A stretch of DNA of 57,061 nucleotides, counting the filler, from Bipalium vagum (taxonomy: Eukaryota): NCBI GenBank assembly GCA_037834085.1. It is 3 parts of 3 records of this genome, joined end to end, with 100 filler letters (N's around TTAATTAATTAA, not from the genome) between each part and the next. Parts side by side here need not be neighbours in the genome. Positions count along the whole stretch, not along the records: positions 16,947 to 36,540 come from JBBMKC010271597.1; positions 36,641 to 57,061 come from JBBMKC010253613.1; 1 more part is not named here. One strand, given 5' to 3'. Below the pieces are notes generated by a model. It made no database searches. It was given only the letters and a program-made list of their open reading frames with translations, and was not told the DNA's origin. Of this stretch, positions 36,109 through 49,885 are shown piece by piece. Every line of letters begins with the position of its first letter. Position 1 is the first letter of the stretch. The translations under genes and the position numbers were made by a program.

Positions 36109-36363
36109 ATGACACAAAGTGTACCCTGTTTATCTCCCTATTTTTTCATGAACAAAAACAAGCCCTAAAAAATAGGTTGAAAAAATATATTTAGCAACAA
36201 AAAAATAATTATACAAAATTACTAAGAAATATAAAAAAGAAAAAATATAAAAGATATAAAAAAAGTAAAATATAGAAAATGTATAAAGTATATATTTTAA
36301 AAATTCAGAGCTTGTTTTTGTTCATAAAAAATGGGTTGATAAACAGGGTACACTTTGTGTCAT
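36109..36363. mobile_element. foldback/MITE-like element with about 55-bp inverted arms
   Basis: ATGACACAAAGTGTACCCTGTTTATC...ATGAACAAAAACAAGC (36109-36163) is inverted at 36310-36363 around an A-rich spacer. Confidence 0.8.
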
Positions 36364-36540
36364 ATAAATAGAAAAAGTATAAGATACATTGTAAATCATA
36401 TAAAAATCAAAAAACTCATTAACATAATCAATAAAAATGATGAAGGAAAAATATATATTTGTTCCCAGTACAAATATTTTTAAAAAATAAAAATGTTATT
36501 TTTTATTTTAAAAAATGAATAATCAAGAATATTTTGAAGA

Positions 36541-36640
36541 NNNNNNNNNNNNNNNNNNNNNNNNNNNNNNNNNNNNNNNNNNNNTTAATTAATTAANNNN
36601 NNNNNNNNNNNNNNNNNNNNNNNNNNNNNNNNNNNNNNNN
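36541..36640. other. assembly gap with TTAATTAATTAA linker
   Basis: 100-bp N block; followed by a (TAG)n run 36643-36687. Confidence 0.98.
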
Positions 36641-36642
36641 AT

Positions 36643-36687
<45 letters not shown>

Positions 36688-37299
36688 AATTAAAAATTTA
36701 TACCCATATATTTTAATAAAATTTATGCAAAAAATAAAAAATTATGAAGTAATAAGTTGTATAAAATAAGACCATTTTTGTTTACTTGTTTAAATCAAAT
36801 TATCAATTATGAAGATAATCATAATTAAACTAAAATATTATAATAAATGGATCATAAATCAAATTTTTTTAATCTATTGACACTTATTTACTTACGTGAC
36901 TTTTATCTGAAAAATGTTCGCTAATTGATAATATTTTATTAATTCATTTTAGAAATCATAATAATATCTAAAGTAGGATAATGAACTTTATCATTGTGAA
37001 TGTGTAAACAAGTAGAATTTTTAAAATTTAAAAAATCAGATATTTCATTCAAAAGACCGGTTAATATGATTGCCTTGTAAAATTTCCTATCCATAAGTAA
37101 TTTTATACATCATATGATTTGAGGTTGTCGTGCAAGAAAATATGTTGACCTAATATGTTGAAAATATATTGACCTAAGAATACTTACACTCTTAGAATCT
37201 AATATTCCATTTGAATAAGTGGATTTTAAGACCTGTACTTTCCAAATAATAATCATAATAATTGGTTCAAATATTTCTAAGTGTGTAAATAAGAGGTTG

Positions 37300-37682
37300 C
37301 GCGAAAAGTTATGAAAGCGAAAATGTTACTAGTTTTGAATTTGTTGATAATCTGTCAAAAGAATATCTTTGACACCCAAAAACTTATTCTCCTTATTCTC
37401 CTTTCTTAAACGCAATTGAAAAATTATTTTCAAAATGGAAACATGTAGTGAAACGAGGAAATTTAAGAAATGAAGAAGAATTGATGAATGTCAATGTTGC
37501 GAATATGACTAGTAGCTCAGACTGTGCAGGATATTTCAAAAGCATGGATGGGTTTATAAGGAAAGCAATTAAAAAAGAGATTATTGCAAATTAATTGCAA
37601 CGTGATTGTAATTGTTTTTGATGTCTATTTATTTTATTTCTATTTTTTCAAAATTGAATGAAACATTTTCAAATTGGCCTGA
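37300..37682 (+). mobile_element. IS630/Tc1-like DDE transposase 3' fragment
   Basis: PYSPFLNAIEKLFSKWKHVVKR...DCAGYF; ends immediately before the next mariner. Confidence 0.7.
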
Positions 37683-37684
37683 TA

Positions 37685-38981
37685 CACCCTCCATTCCAAA
37701 AATAACCGAACTTTTAAGAAAATAGTACTACAAGCGCCATTTATTTTAACATTATACCCATAGATAACGTGTTAATTCATTGACAAGCAATAAAATGTCA
37801 TGACATTAGGATATAAACAACATGAGTAATTGCTACGTTTTGGTTAGTCTGTTTAATACTTCGGTTAGAAAATGAATTTCAAACAAAGAGCTGCAATTGA
37901 CTTCTGTGTTAAACTTGGTAAATCTTTTACCGAAACACATCAAATGCTACAATCTGCGTATGGTGATGAATGTCTATCTCGTACACAAGTATAAGAGTGG
38001 TTCAAGCGATTCGAATCTGGTAAGGAGATCATGAATGACGACGAAAGACCAGGCCGTCCAAAAACTGGATTATCGGAAGAGAACATTGAAAAAATGCGTG
38101 AATTGATCAAAAATAATAAAAAATCATCGGTGAAATTGATTGAAATGAAATTAGGCATTCCTCAACCAACTGCATACCGCATTTTTGACCGAGGTATTTT
38201 GTTTTTGTAAGGTTAATTCGCGGTTTGTTTCACACAAACTCAGCGAAGACTAAAAAATGGCTCGAATTGATCATTGCAAAGACATCATTAAAAGTGCTCG
38301 GAAGAACCTAAACTTCTTGAAAACCATGGTTACGGGTGACGAGACGTAATGTTTTAAGTATGAACCCGAAACAAAGCGGCAGAGTGCTGAATGAAGATCG
38401 CCGGATGAGGGAAAACCGAAAATATCTCGTTTGAAAAATTCAAAAGTGAAGCTGATTTGCTTTTACGATTCCAAAAGAATTATTCACAAAGAGTTTGCTC
38501 TATCCAGTAAAACAATTACAGGAGACTTTTACTTAGATGTCATGAAGCGATTGCTGGCAAGAATTCGTCGTGTTCGGCCAGAATATCGAGAAAACGGTAG
38601 TTTGACTCTTTTGCACGATAATGCACCATCACATCGTTCAAGAGTTGTGACTGAATTTTTGGTCAAAATCAGATTATTGCTTTGCAACATTCACTCTATT
38701 TACCTGATCTCACTCCGTGAGACTACTATCTGTTCCACAAGCTTCATTTGACGATCAAAGGAAAGCTTCATGAGTCGGTTGAGGCCATCAAAAGACGGTG
38801 ACCGATGTCCAAAAGACCATTATCAAAAAGGACATAGAGAAGTCGTTTGACAACTTGTTAGTGCGTGAAAATTTGTGTATCGATGCAGAAGACGATTAAA
38901 TTGATTAACAAAAATTATTTTTTTCAAAATAAATATTGGTTGCCTTTTTTTAAAGTTCGGTTATTTTTGGAATGGAGGGTG
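37685..38981 (+). mobile_element. full-length defective mariner (DD34D), 1297 bp
   Basis: Perfect 30-bp TIRs CACCCTCCATTCCAAAAATAACCGAACTTT, TA on both sides; QRAAIDFCVKLGK, TGDET, LHDNAPSH; stops and frameshifts. Confidence 0.95.
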
Positions 38982-40869
38982 TAAAGTGATTGATTCAAGA
39001 AAATTTTTAAATTTGTTATGTTGAAATATTTGTTTTTCTCTTTCGTTCTGAATTTTAAGTTTTTGAACCATAATAGTAATTCTTATATTCACTTTATTAC
39101 TATTTTCACGTGGTTTTTTTTCGTTTAACAAGAGAGTCAGTGAAGTTATTATTTAAGACATTTTTATTTACTTTTATTGGTGGGACTGAAACATTGAAGA
39201 TGTGTTATTGCATTGAATTCAAATATGTTTAGACCTAATTGTTATTTGATTTAGTTAAGAAATGTTAAAATGTTTTAGAACACAACCATCACATTTAGAA
39301 CAAGCAGAGTGGGTTGGTTAATATCAAATATAAAAAGATATCTAGTCTAAATATGCCTTTGATTTTTTTGGCTGTCAGTGTTGCAATAAAGTCTTTTTGA
39401 ATGAGAAAGAGATCTGGGATATCTCGTTCTGATAGCATGTCTTTACTGTTGTAAGGGAGGTGATGAAATTACACGTAAATTAATAATTAGCTAACAATAT
39501 TTCAACGAACGAGAACAAAATAAAAAATACTTTCAACAAAATCAATTGCTAAGTTGCTAATTAATCGGATATTTCATATGAAACACGCGACATAACAAAG
39601 TATTACATTACTATTCATTGTCTTTCATATAATATTATTATAATCCCAAATCACAAAAGGTTGCTTGCAAAGTTCTTTTTATAACTTAAATGATTAGAAT
39701 TTGGAAGTATCAATTTTTCCCAGAAATTGATATTGGTATTACTTATATAAGAATAATTATTATTAAACCTAATATTTATTGAACATATTCTTTGATCGCC
39801 CCAGGCCTCATCACCTTAAATAAAAAGCGAGTATTCCAGATTTGACCAATGAAAGATGATGGAAATTTTATTTGAGAGAATTGAACTTTTGTCTTTTGGC
39901 ATAGACAATGTAGATTAGAAATGTTCAGAAGTTTAATTAATGAAACAGATCAAAAAGATTAATAGAGTATAAGTACTAAACAGTTTCAAAGACAACTAAA
40001 ACATCTGATTTCAGTTTAATAACGTAAATTTATCGGGTCGAGGTTCATAGTGGATAGTTGAATTAATATCAAATCGGGATCTTCACAATCAAAAATTTTA
40101 AGCTAAAATTAATTATTTAATCAGATTTCCTAAGGCAACGTTGAATTCTGAAGGGGCTACGTGATTGTGCAATCGTCTGATAAAATTAAAATGATTGTGA
40201 ATATTGCAGAGTATAGAAAATTTTAGTTTTCGGTCAATAATTTTTTAACAGTTTTCAACAAAAAAATTTTATGTTCAAATATTATTAGAAATAAATAATA
40301 TTCATTAAAACAATGAACATATTCAATAAACTGAAACTATGGTATAAAGTGGAAAGATGATGTATTTTAAAATGATAGGCTGGTGAAAAACGATCGCAGT
40401 TTTTATAACTTGATAATCGTTTTATTATTGTTTAAATAAATCAATTGATAAATGTTGAGTATTATATCAATTTGAAACTTTTACTGTGAATATCTGGTAC
40501 TTCTGGACAATGTAGTGGAATATATACGTGTTTTATGTTGAGTTTAAGATCTGAAATTATCATAGGAAATAAGAAAAAGCAATTCATTCAGATGATTTCC
40601 ATACTCAAACCGCCGTTAACTTACGTTATATAACTTTTATGATTTTGACATTATTAATAAAAATTTATTTCTGATATTGTTTGGAAAAGCTAAGTTAATT
40701 AAGTAGCAAACTTTAAGTAGTGACAAATATTATTATAGGTGGTTATGATGAAGAAAAAAGCTCCTGATTGCGTGACTTGCGTCGGATGACTTACATTTCG
40801 AGTATGAGATTACTGTAGTAATCTGATTTTAAAATTCTTCAGTAAGATCCACGTACAAAATACCATTTA

Positions 40870-41370
40870 TATCTCAAAAGACGTTCAAAGTGACACATCT
40901 ACAATGCCAAATTTTGAGGTGCAAGACCTTGGATGGGTTCTTATTTTTGAAAACCTGTTCCTTTGACTTTCTTCTAGAGTAAAAATGGTAGAGACCAAAT
41001 TAATTCTGGTCTTTGAAGTTCATTCTCTGGAAAAATATTATTTTTTGTCTATTTAAAAAAAGAATGCTCTTCCAAATCTGCAACTCACGAGCCATTTATT
41101 TATTTTCAGGGTAGGAGTGTGTACAAAGGCTATTTTTCCTTCATTAATAAATGGGCGATCATTGAATGATAAAGTGTACGTTCTGATCTTATGACTGAAT
41201 TTAAAACTAAAGATTCCAATTTCTCCTCGAAAAATATACTTGTCTCTTGAGAAAAAGTATAAAATGTCTTAGCAAAGAAATTGTCCCATCCAAAGTTTTC
41301 TCATTTAACTGCATAGACATCATAAGTGAATTGATGCAATATATGAGATACTTCATGACGATTATTGGAC
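40870..41370 (-). mobile_element. second, diverged fragment of the RLE non-LTR family found at 4600-6600
   Basis: Colinear shared blocks CTGGTCTTTGAAG, GGCGATCATT and CATCATAA...TTGATGCAAT...GAGATACTTCAT matching about 5015-5380. Confidence 0.7.
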
Positions 41371-42222
41371 AGAATTGTCAAACATTTTTTGAACTAATCT
41401 AATCTAGTCAAACAAAAATTAAAATATTTTAACCAAAGTTATATTTCATAATTATATGCTTATTATTTTAAGATCAAAATCTTATTTTAATATCTTCAAT
41501 ATTTCTGGTAGAGTCTAAGTAATTTTTATCCTTACCAAAAAAATCGTTAATCAATGTTTGGAGTTGTATATTATTTTCAAGTAAATATTGAAAAAAAGAA
41601 ATTGGAAATCAATTACAAAGCAGTCATTTTGAAATAAAGTAAAAATACAAAATAAAACGTTACATTAAAAGACTGTCCCGTGGGACAGTTTGTGGGGAAA
41701 AATAATTGTCATAATTTTATCATAATTTCCTACTTTCCAATGATTTTCTGATTAGGAGTTTTAATGTCACATCATAAAATAATCATTATAATATTTATTG
41801 CAAATTATTATGGAAATGCAAAAAAATGATAACATTGACCATTGGTCATAAAATATTTAGCAAATAAAATGTTGACATCAAAAATCAATTTTTTTGAAGT
41901 AAGATAAATATTTTTATTAAGCCATACCAATAACAAATATCGTGCTGTCAGAAAACATCATTATCGGAATTTTTCGGAATATAACATTTTCTGAAATAAG
42001 GACAGAAAAAACAAATAAAAATGTCATTCTTTTTTTTATTTTTAACATTTTTGGTTTTAATTATGTGGCAAATTCTGACATTTACAATAGAAAATAAAAG
42101 AAATAACAAAATAAAACTTTCTCAAAGTGGAAAATATGTAGAGTAAATCAAAAAGAAAAAATAACCAATTATTTTAGTTAAAAAAACTATTTATTTTTTT
42201 AATAAAAATATTTCGAAAATTA

Positions 42223-42460
42223 TTAGGTGTATTAGTTTGATTCCGGCGTTTTAAAAGTTTTATTTAGTAACATTTAATCAAAGGATTTTCTATTTACAGA
42301 TATATGACATTAGAACAATTTTTAGGCAACGAATTGATTCCACGAATAAATTTCTGGTTCTTTTGAAGAAATCCAGTTATTGATCCATTTTTGAAGGTCT
42401 TCATCGGAATTGAGCCGCTTCACAGAAAGCTCTTAGTCATAGTTAACTATTCAGTGGTTT
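42223..42460 (-). mobile_element. mariner terminal fragment
   Basis: TA-TTAGGTGTATTAGTTTGATTCCGGCGTTTT mariner-type TIR followed by transposase C-terminal remnant on the minus strand. Confidence 0.6.
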
Positions 42461-43329
42461 GTGGTTTGCTTTTGGTAACAGAAAATATTATTGAAATATT
42501 TTATTTTAATAATTTAATAAATTTCCTTTTCTATTTATCACTTAAATATATTACGAAAACAAATAAATACAACGTATTTTATATTTGACAATAAACGTTG
42601 ATTGTACAAATAGAATTGATGAAAACATCAGATCTTTTTGATCTCAATTTTGATCGTATTTCCCTTTAGTATATTAATGAAAATTTCTGTCATTTCAATC
42701 AAATGTTGAGTATAAATTTGTATATTTTTGAGGAATTTGTTTTAATCACTCTCCGGGGATAATTATGTTATCATTATATTTCCACCATAATGGTACCGAG
42801 TAAGATATTGTCTTTTACGGGAAATTATTTACGTTTTATTTTCTAAGCACAGAATTGAAAAGTAAAATAATAAAAAAATATTTTTAATTTAATTTATTTT
42901 GTCAAATTTGATATTCTTAATAAAATAACTGAGACAGAAAATGCAAAAAGTTTTTTTTCATTATATAATGAAAATCACAATCTAATTGAAATGCATAAAA
43001 ATATTCTAAAATAAAATAAGAAAATAAGAAAAGATGCATAAAGAATATAATAATAATAATAATAATTTTTTATTCATTCAAATATCATGTTAAATTTTTG
43101 ATATATTAACGACTATCGATTTACAATCCATAATATTAAGATATTTAAAAATTTTATTTGATCACTTCAAAAATTCCTTAATTCAAACTAATTTAATAAA
43201 ACCACGAAAATCATATATTAAAATCAATTTAAGTAATATGTGTGTGTGTGTCTCCGGACCCTCAGAAAATTTTTATTACTTTATTATTAGAAGCACGTTA
43301 CAAACATCATATTACAATTTGCTCATCAT

Positions 43330-44371
43330 CATTAATATTTAGACATCTGCCCTTTGGATATTTTCACTGCCTGGATGCGTTCGGCATGGAAGCGACCAGC
43401 TAGTGACAGTCATATTTCATTATTCCAGACTCTCTTTATCCAGTAATAAAGGTTCTGTAAATTACTTGGTGTATGAAGTCCTACCTTCTTTAGGACTGTC
43501 ACAAATTTTCAATTGGATTCAGGTCAGGGGAATTCCCAGACCAGTCCGATAGCCTTTCCTGTCTTTCCAGAGGGTATAAATTCCAAAAAACCACATCCAG
43601 CAGCACTAAAACAGCACCAAACCATGGCCTGTTTCACAGTAGAAAGTGTGATTTGTGGACTGAATCTTGTATTTGGGAAGCGTCGTACACTTAAGGATCC
43701 AAGGCCAAATTGTTGAAATATACACCCGTCGCTAAACATTACTTCCTTCCACTGCTACTCAGTCCAGTGATTTGTAAAATTAAAGTCTTTTCTTCAATTG
43801 AAATGGCTTTAGTATAGGTTTCTTTGCAGCATGGTGAGACTTGAGGTTCATCCACCAATCTCCGACAAATTGTGTGAGTACTTGATGGATAATTTACTGC
43901 ATCCTTCATCTGATTACTGGTAGAAAATGGACGACGCATCATACGAATATTATGACGCATAATGCTAACACACGGCGTTTCTTATATTCTTCACTACCTG
44001 TAGTCCTGTAGCGAGACACGCATTCATAGACGGTAGACTTAGCCAAGCCTAGTTTTATTAATATTTCTCAACTTTATTTGCCACCCAGACTGTACTGTAC
44101 AATAGCTGCACATTTGTGTAGTGTAACATGCTTTTTTGGTACCATTATTTCAATAGAAACTACGAAAAACTGTAAAATTTAACCAAACTAAGCTTATGCT
44201 TACCTAGATATTTACCGGCAACGACAATAACGTCAAATGATTTTTATAATGACGGCATGTCAGGCTGTTGAAAACTGATGTTAGAATCAAGAATTGCAAA
44301 CCTAAATATTGACAGTACTATCTACTCAAAAAAGAAAAAAAAAGCTATCCGGTGACTTTTGGCCACAGTTG
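43330..44371 (-). mobile_element. defective Tc1-like (DD34E-type) element
   Basis: FSDGCIFQ, MVWCCFSAAG.G.L, IENL, SMPERIQAV...SKY; end TA-CAACTGTGGCCAAAAGT at 44371. Confidence 0.8.
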
Positions 44372-44424
44372 TATATTATATTTTAATATATAAATATCAT
44401 AATGTAAATAATAATACTAAATTA

Positions 44425-44870
44425 TTAGGTTGTATTAAAATTGTACTTGATTTTGATAGTTTCATTTTTTATCAAAATAAATATCTTTAATAAAAATTCT
44501 TAAAATCTTGATATTTCACTATCGAACTAAATTTGTCAGTTTTGTTTAAATAAACATCAATGCATTTATTTAAATTTTTAATTATAGTAAAATGAATTTA
44601 GAAAAAATTTCAAATCGAAGTTTTAATGATCATTGAAAGAGGGAATTTTCTGTTGGTGCTTTCATAAAGACTATTTGTGATGTTGATGGTGAAGATTTCG
44701 TTACCTATTATACAGTCTCAGATTTGTTTAATAAATTTTAAAGTTGAGATACTAGTCTCGAAGATAAATCTCGTCAAGGATGATCTTCTATAATAAGTAG
44801 AAGACTTCTTCATGAAACATATATTGATCACCCATCTGCCTCTACCAACGATTTATCTGAAAAAAACTAT
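44425..44870 (+). mobile_element. mariner 5' fragment
   Basis: TIR TTAGGTTGTATTAAAATTGTAC; HTH region F..F.SGDTSLEDKSR.GR with stops. Confidence 0.65.
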
Positions 44871-45159
44871 TGCAAAATCTTTTACAGATGACCGCTTTGG
44901 TGCAGTAGTGGAAAAGCTTCTTTTCTCGTATCTGATGTTGTTTTACTCTTTTTGTTGTTAAATTCTCCTTATTGCTCGTTCTGGTAGAAGTAACCTTATC
45001 CTGGTATCTGTCACCTTGTATTGGTATATTTTGTTTTATACTGGTTGTAATACTATATATATTTGTTTTTCTTAACTCTTAATCCTATTTCCACAGGGTT
45101 CAAATTAAACTGCTACTGAATTTAATTTTCTACTTTATAATTTACTTATTTTATTTTTT

Positions 45160-46045
45160 TTGCTAGCGATGATAACGGTTGACTTGGGTCGCACCAAGAT
45201 TTTAAAAGTTTTGGATTCTTAAAATAAATCCATTTTTGTCCCCAGTGATGATACCATGCAGAAACGATTTTCTTCTGTGTGTATCCAGCAATATTCAACA
45301 AGTGGCTTTTCGCTTTTCTTTGTCTTGCTCATTTAGTTCATATGGTATCCATTTTCCTTCTTTCCCATTGTTCGTAGTCGGTCAGAAATTGATTGTTGGC
45401 TAACATTTAAGAAATCTGCAAGTTGTTTTTGACTTTCTGTGGGGTATTCATCCAATAATGCTTCAAAATCTGCATCTTCGAAATTTTTCGGTTGAACTGG
45501 ATACTCATAATCTTGCACATTGAAATTCCCTTCTTTGAATCGATCGAACCAACCTTTATGTTTTTTGGAATATATATAGTTTTGTCACCATAAGTTTCCA
45601 TACGATAACTCTGTTGCTTTTCTCTTTTGGCGATAAAGAAAAATTAACACGTATCGCAAATGATTTCTATTTAGCTGAAATTAAGACAGCTAAAAAATTG
45701 ACAAAAACTATACAATATACTTACTTTTGTATAATAAATCTCGTCAAGGATGATCTTCTATAATAAGTAGAAGACTTCTTCATGAAACATATATTGATCA
45801 CCCATCTGCCTCTACCAACGATTTATCTGAAAAAAACTATTGCAAAATCTTTTACAGATGACCGCTTTGGTGCAGTAGTGGAAAAGCTTCTTTTCTCGTA
45901 TCTGATGTTGTTTTACTCTTTTTACTCTGAAATTAAGACAGCTAAAAAATTGACAAAAACTATACAATATACTTACTTTTCTGATCTCAGACATTTTTTA
46001 ATTATAGCGCGTGAAAAGTAGTACATAAACAAATGTATACCAATA
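45160..46045 (-). mobile_element. mariner (Mos1-like) 5' half, interrupted by a local duplication
   Basis: WFDRFKEGNF, PKNFEDADFEALLDE, SQQSISDRL..MGK, WIPYEL, IITGD. Confidence 0.8.
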
Positions 46046-47439
46046 TTAAAATATCGTTTATAAAATTGTCATTTTTAACTTGTACACCTCATAATATATT
46101 ATTAATAAAATATATTATAATTATTTTTTTAATAATTATTTTTAAAAATTATTTTTATCGTTCATTAATTAATTATCAGATTATAATTTCTCATTAATGA
46201 ACCATAAAAATATATTAAACGTTTAAAGTAATTGAGAGACACTAAGTTTAGTCCAATGATTAAAAATGACCGGAAGCACAATTATGACTTATAAATTTAA
46301 TAAAAATAATTAACTCAATATTGTGTTTTTGGCATTAGAAATAAGAGAAATAATTTATTTATGATTAGGGAATAAATAAATGTTAAAAATCAGTGGAATT
46401 CTAAAGTCATAAATCAAAATATTTACTGAATAATTTCATTAATTGAAGTTGTCATTTTTGTAAAAAATTATATTATTATAATGTAAAAATAATTTAAAAT
46501 TATTATAAAAAATTCTGATGCGAATTTTCCTTTAAAAATTTAAATAAAATAATTATGGAATGCCAAAAGAAAATTGGAAAAAATTCTATTAATTTTAAAG
46601 TTTCAATTTACATTTTAAGAATTTACAGTAGCTAATATTTGTTGGGTTATCGGAGCAGGAAATTTTTCTTTTTATGTAGCACGCGTTTAATAAAAATCAA
46701 ATAATAATATTAATTATATTTTCCAATGCATAAGTAACAATAGTAAATAATAATACAATTTACTTTTTTATGAAACCATATTAATAACCCTGGAGAGAGA
46801 AAAACTGTAATTTAGCAGGGATTACTGAGAATAAATAATAATTTATTTATATATTATTTTTTAAAATTTTTTATTCATTAAATAAAAAAGTAAAATAAAA
46901 TTTACTGAAATTTATTTTATTTTAAAACATTAAAATTCATCAAAATACTAATTTTAAAGTATTTACAGGTTTACCGAAAATTTTCCAGATTTTTAAGTAA
47001 AAAAAAGAGAAGTCTTTAACAAGATTTTAGATATTTATTCAATAACATAATTCCCATTATTATTGACATTATTATTCCCATTATCTCGATGGTAGCTTAT
47101 AAAGCATGCAGGTACGAATTTGCGATTTTTTTAATATTGATTTTTAATTCAATATTACTGATTTTCAAGGACGCTGATATCAAGTATATTTAGATAAATG
47201 TCTGACTGTTAGTAGTGTATCTCCTATTTATGAGTAATAAATATCATTGAATCTCAACGAACAGGCTTTGTTACCAAAAACGGTTAGAACGTTTTTTCCG
47301 ATTCCCACATTATAATACAATGTAAAAATATATATAAGAAAAATTTATAACGTCGGTAACTCCATGCCTGTGACACGACTGACTCTTCTAACCACTATAT
47401 TTTCTGGTTTGATTTAAGCCAAAAATCAAGATAATATTA

Positions 47440-47974
47440 TTAGGTGTGTGCGTTGAAATTGAGCCTTTTTTAACTGGCTGTATTAATAAAAATAATGTAA
47501 TTGTTTTACTGAATTAATTGTTATTATTTATATAAAAAATCACTTAATAATATTGATTTATATTTTTTAATAATGTTTGTATTTTTTCATATATTTTTAG
47601 ATTGTGAAATACATACTAAATAATCACATTATTCGCGATGTGATTATTTTTCATTTTAACATCAATAAATCAGAAGATAAAGAAAGTCCTGGATAAAAGA
47701 AGCATTGGTTGACTGCCATCTGTTTCGATCGATCGCAAATTCACTTGCGGAATAGAACTTTCAATCCTTCGAATAGATTGAAAATTGGGTGACTAACTGA
47801 GTAGCCACCAAAGCTAAGAAATATTTTCGTCCCGGAATTTATCAAATTCCTGAAAAATGATCCAAAGTCATTGCTAACGATAATCATTACTTTGAATAGT
47901 CTATCTTTTTCTGTTTATGTGCAAATAAATATTCAAAGTTGTTATAAAAGGCTCACTTTCAATGCACACATATA
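47440..47974 (+). mobile_element. internally deleted mariner (about 535 bp, MITE-like)
   Basis: TIR cores TGTGTGCGTTGAAATTGAGCCTTTT / AAAAGGCTCACTTTCAATGCACACA; only transposase start and end remnants inside. Confidence 0.75.
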
Positions 47975-49885
47975 GTAATATTAAGATAATATTAGATTAA
48001 TGATAAGAAAAATCACATCGCGCATAAGTAATATTGTAATAATATAGGTAATAATTAAAAGTAATAATAAAAAATAAGCCAACTAGTGAGGATCTCGATC
48101 AAGATCAAGGATCGGCAGCAATTATTTAACATGATGCAAGTTGCCAACTGAGGTCCAAGGAATATGGACACATTTTAAAAAAAGTAGGTTGCGCATTGGT
48201 ACTTTAGAATTAATCTTATTTTCTCACGATTTGGTACGTTATTATCTATTTCGAAACCTTAAATAATTCCTGTAGCAGTTCTTTTTGTATAAAATAATGA
48301 AGCAAATGGTAGTTTTAAAATAGAAGTTGATGTTAAAAAGAAATGTTAAATATGATATGAATTTTATTGATTTTCCAAACTCAAATTATATAAAATCTGC
48401 ATCTTAAAGCTCTTACCTGATATGTTGAGTTTAGACTCGACATTGAAACCTTGCAGCTTCAATCAATGGTAAAACACTAATAAAGCGGCCTGAGTGAGCG
48501 ATGAAATACTGATGACAGTGATTTTATTGATAAAAAAGCAGCTAAGGAGAAAGACAAAAGCTGACATTTTGATGAAAGAACGTTTAATGTGAAAACTAAT
48601 CTTCTGTTCAAGGTAAACTTATTAAAGCAAACTTAGATTTATTTTTGTTTGTTAAATCTTCTATAATAAATAAAATATTTCAACAAGCCCAAATATAGTT
48701 ATTCAATCAACCAAGTGTTAAATAATTATAAAAATATTTCATTATTTATTGATTATTGATATTATTATTGAAATTTTGTAAATCGATTATTTTTTAAATA
48801 AAAGTAAAGTTTCATTGAATTCTTTTCTTAAAAATAAAATTATAATAAATTCATAAAATTATTTTTCAATTTATATCCAATGATTGGCTTCGAAAATCTC
48901 ATTTAATGATTAGATATTATCTTTCATTTTTGTCATTTTATTATTTTCTAGCAATTATCAAATTCAGATTATCAATAGTTCCCTAAGCAAACGTTATGAA
49001 AATACTAATTAACAATAATTTCTCTATTATTATTTTTGTTAATTAATTTTATATTAGAGTAATTATGTGTTAACAATCAATTATTGATAATAAATCTATT
49101 TATTTTAGTATTAAAAATGATTTGCGTAATACTAATTAAAATCATTGAAATTAATTTATCATTTATTTCTTAGTTTATTTCTTTTTATGTTGAAAAAAAA
49201 TGTAAAGTGAATTTTTCCTTTTTTCACAGGAAATAATTTGGTTAATATTTTATTTTTATATAAATAACAAGTTTTAATAATAAAAAAATATTATTTCTTG
49301 GAGAACGTAACACCCGTATATTGGTATATTTGGTATGTATTTTTGTATAATTTTATTTCGATTTAATTATAATATAGAGCTGGAAATGTTGTCGTCCTCT
49401 TTTTCATAAAAATTTAATTTATTTAAAAATGAAATTATAAAATAAAATTTTTATGAACCGGTTAATCTTTTCAGAATCCGGCTCTTTAATGAATCCGATT
49501 TCTTGTTCAATTATTTCCATTAAGATTGTGGCCATCGGTTTCGTAATTATTTTCGTAATGCCCAGAAAATTTGGCAAATATCACTGCTGTTTTTGCGGTT
49601 AAGTTAAATGGGTTATATAGTTGTATTAACATCAAATCATCATAGTCGAGTAAGAAAATCTTATCTTTACCCTGTATAAGTCAAAAATATTGAATAATGA
49701 TTACAATAGCGGAGGCAAATCGTAGTTTGGACAGTTTGAATGAATTTTAATTGTTGTTTACTTTTTCTTGTGTCAGTGATCCAATAAGTAATACAATTCA
49801 TAGAAGTACACATTAAAGAATAATTTCTTTGATATATTAGGTCCAGGAAAGCTGTCGAAGTTTTTTGAGTTTGTCTTTTAATATA

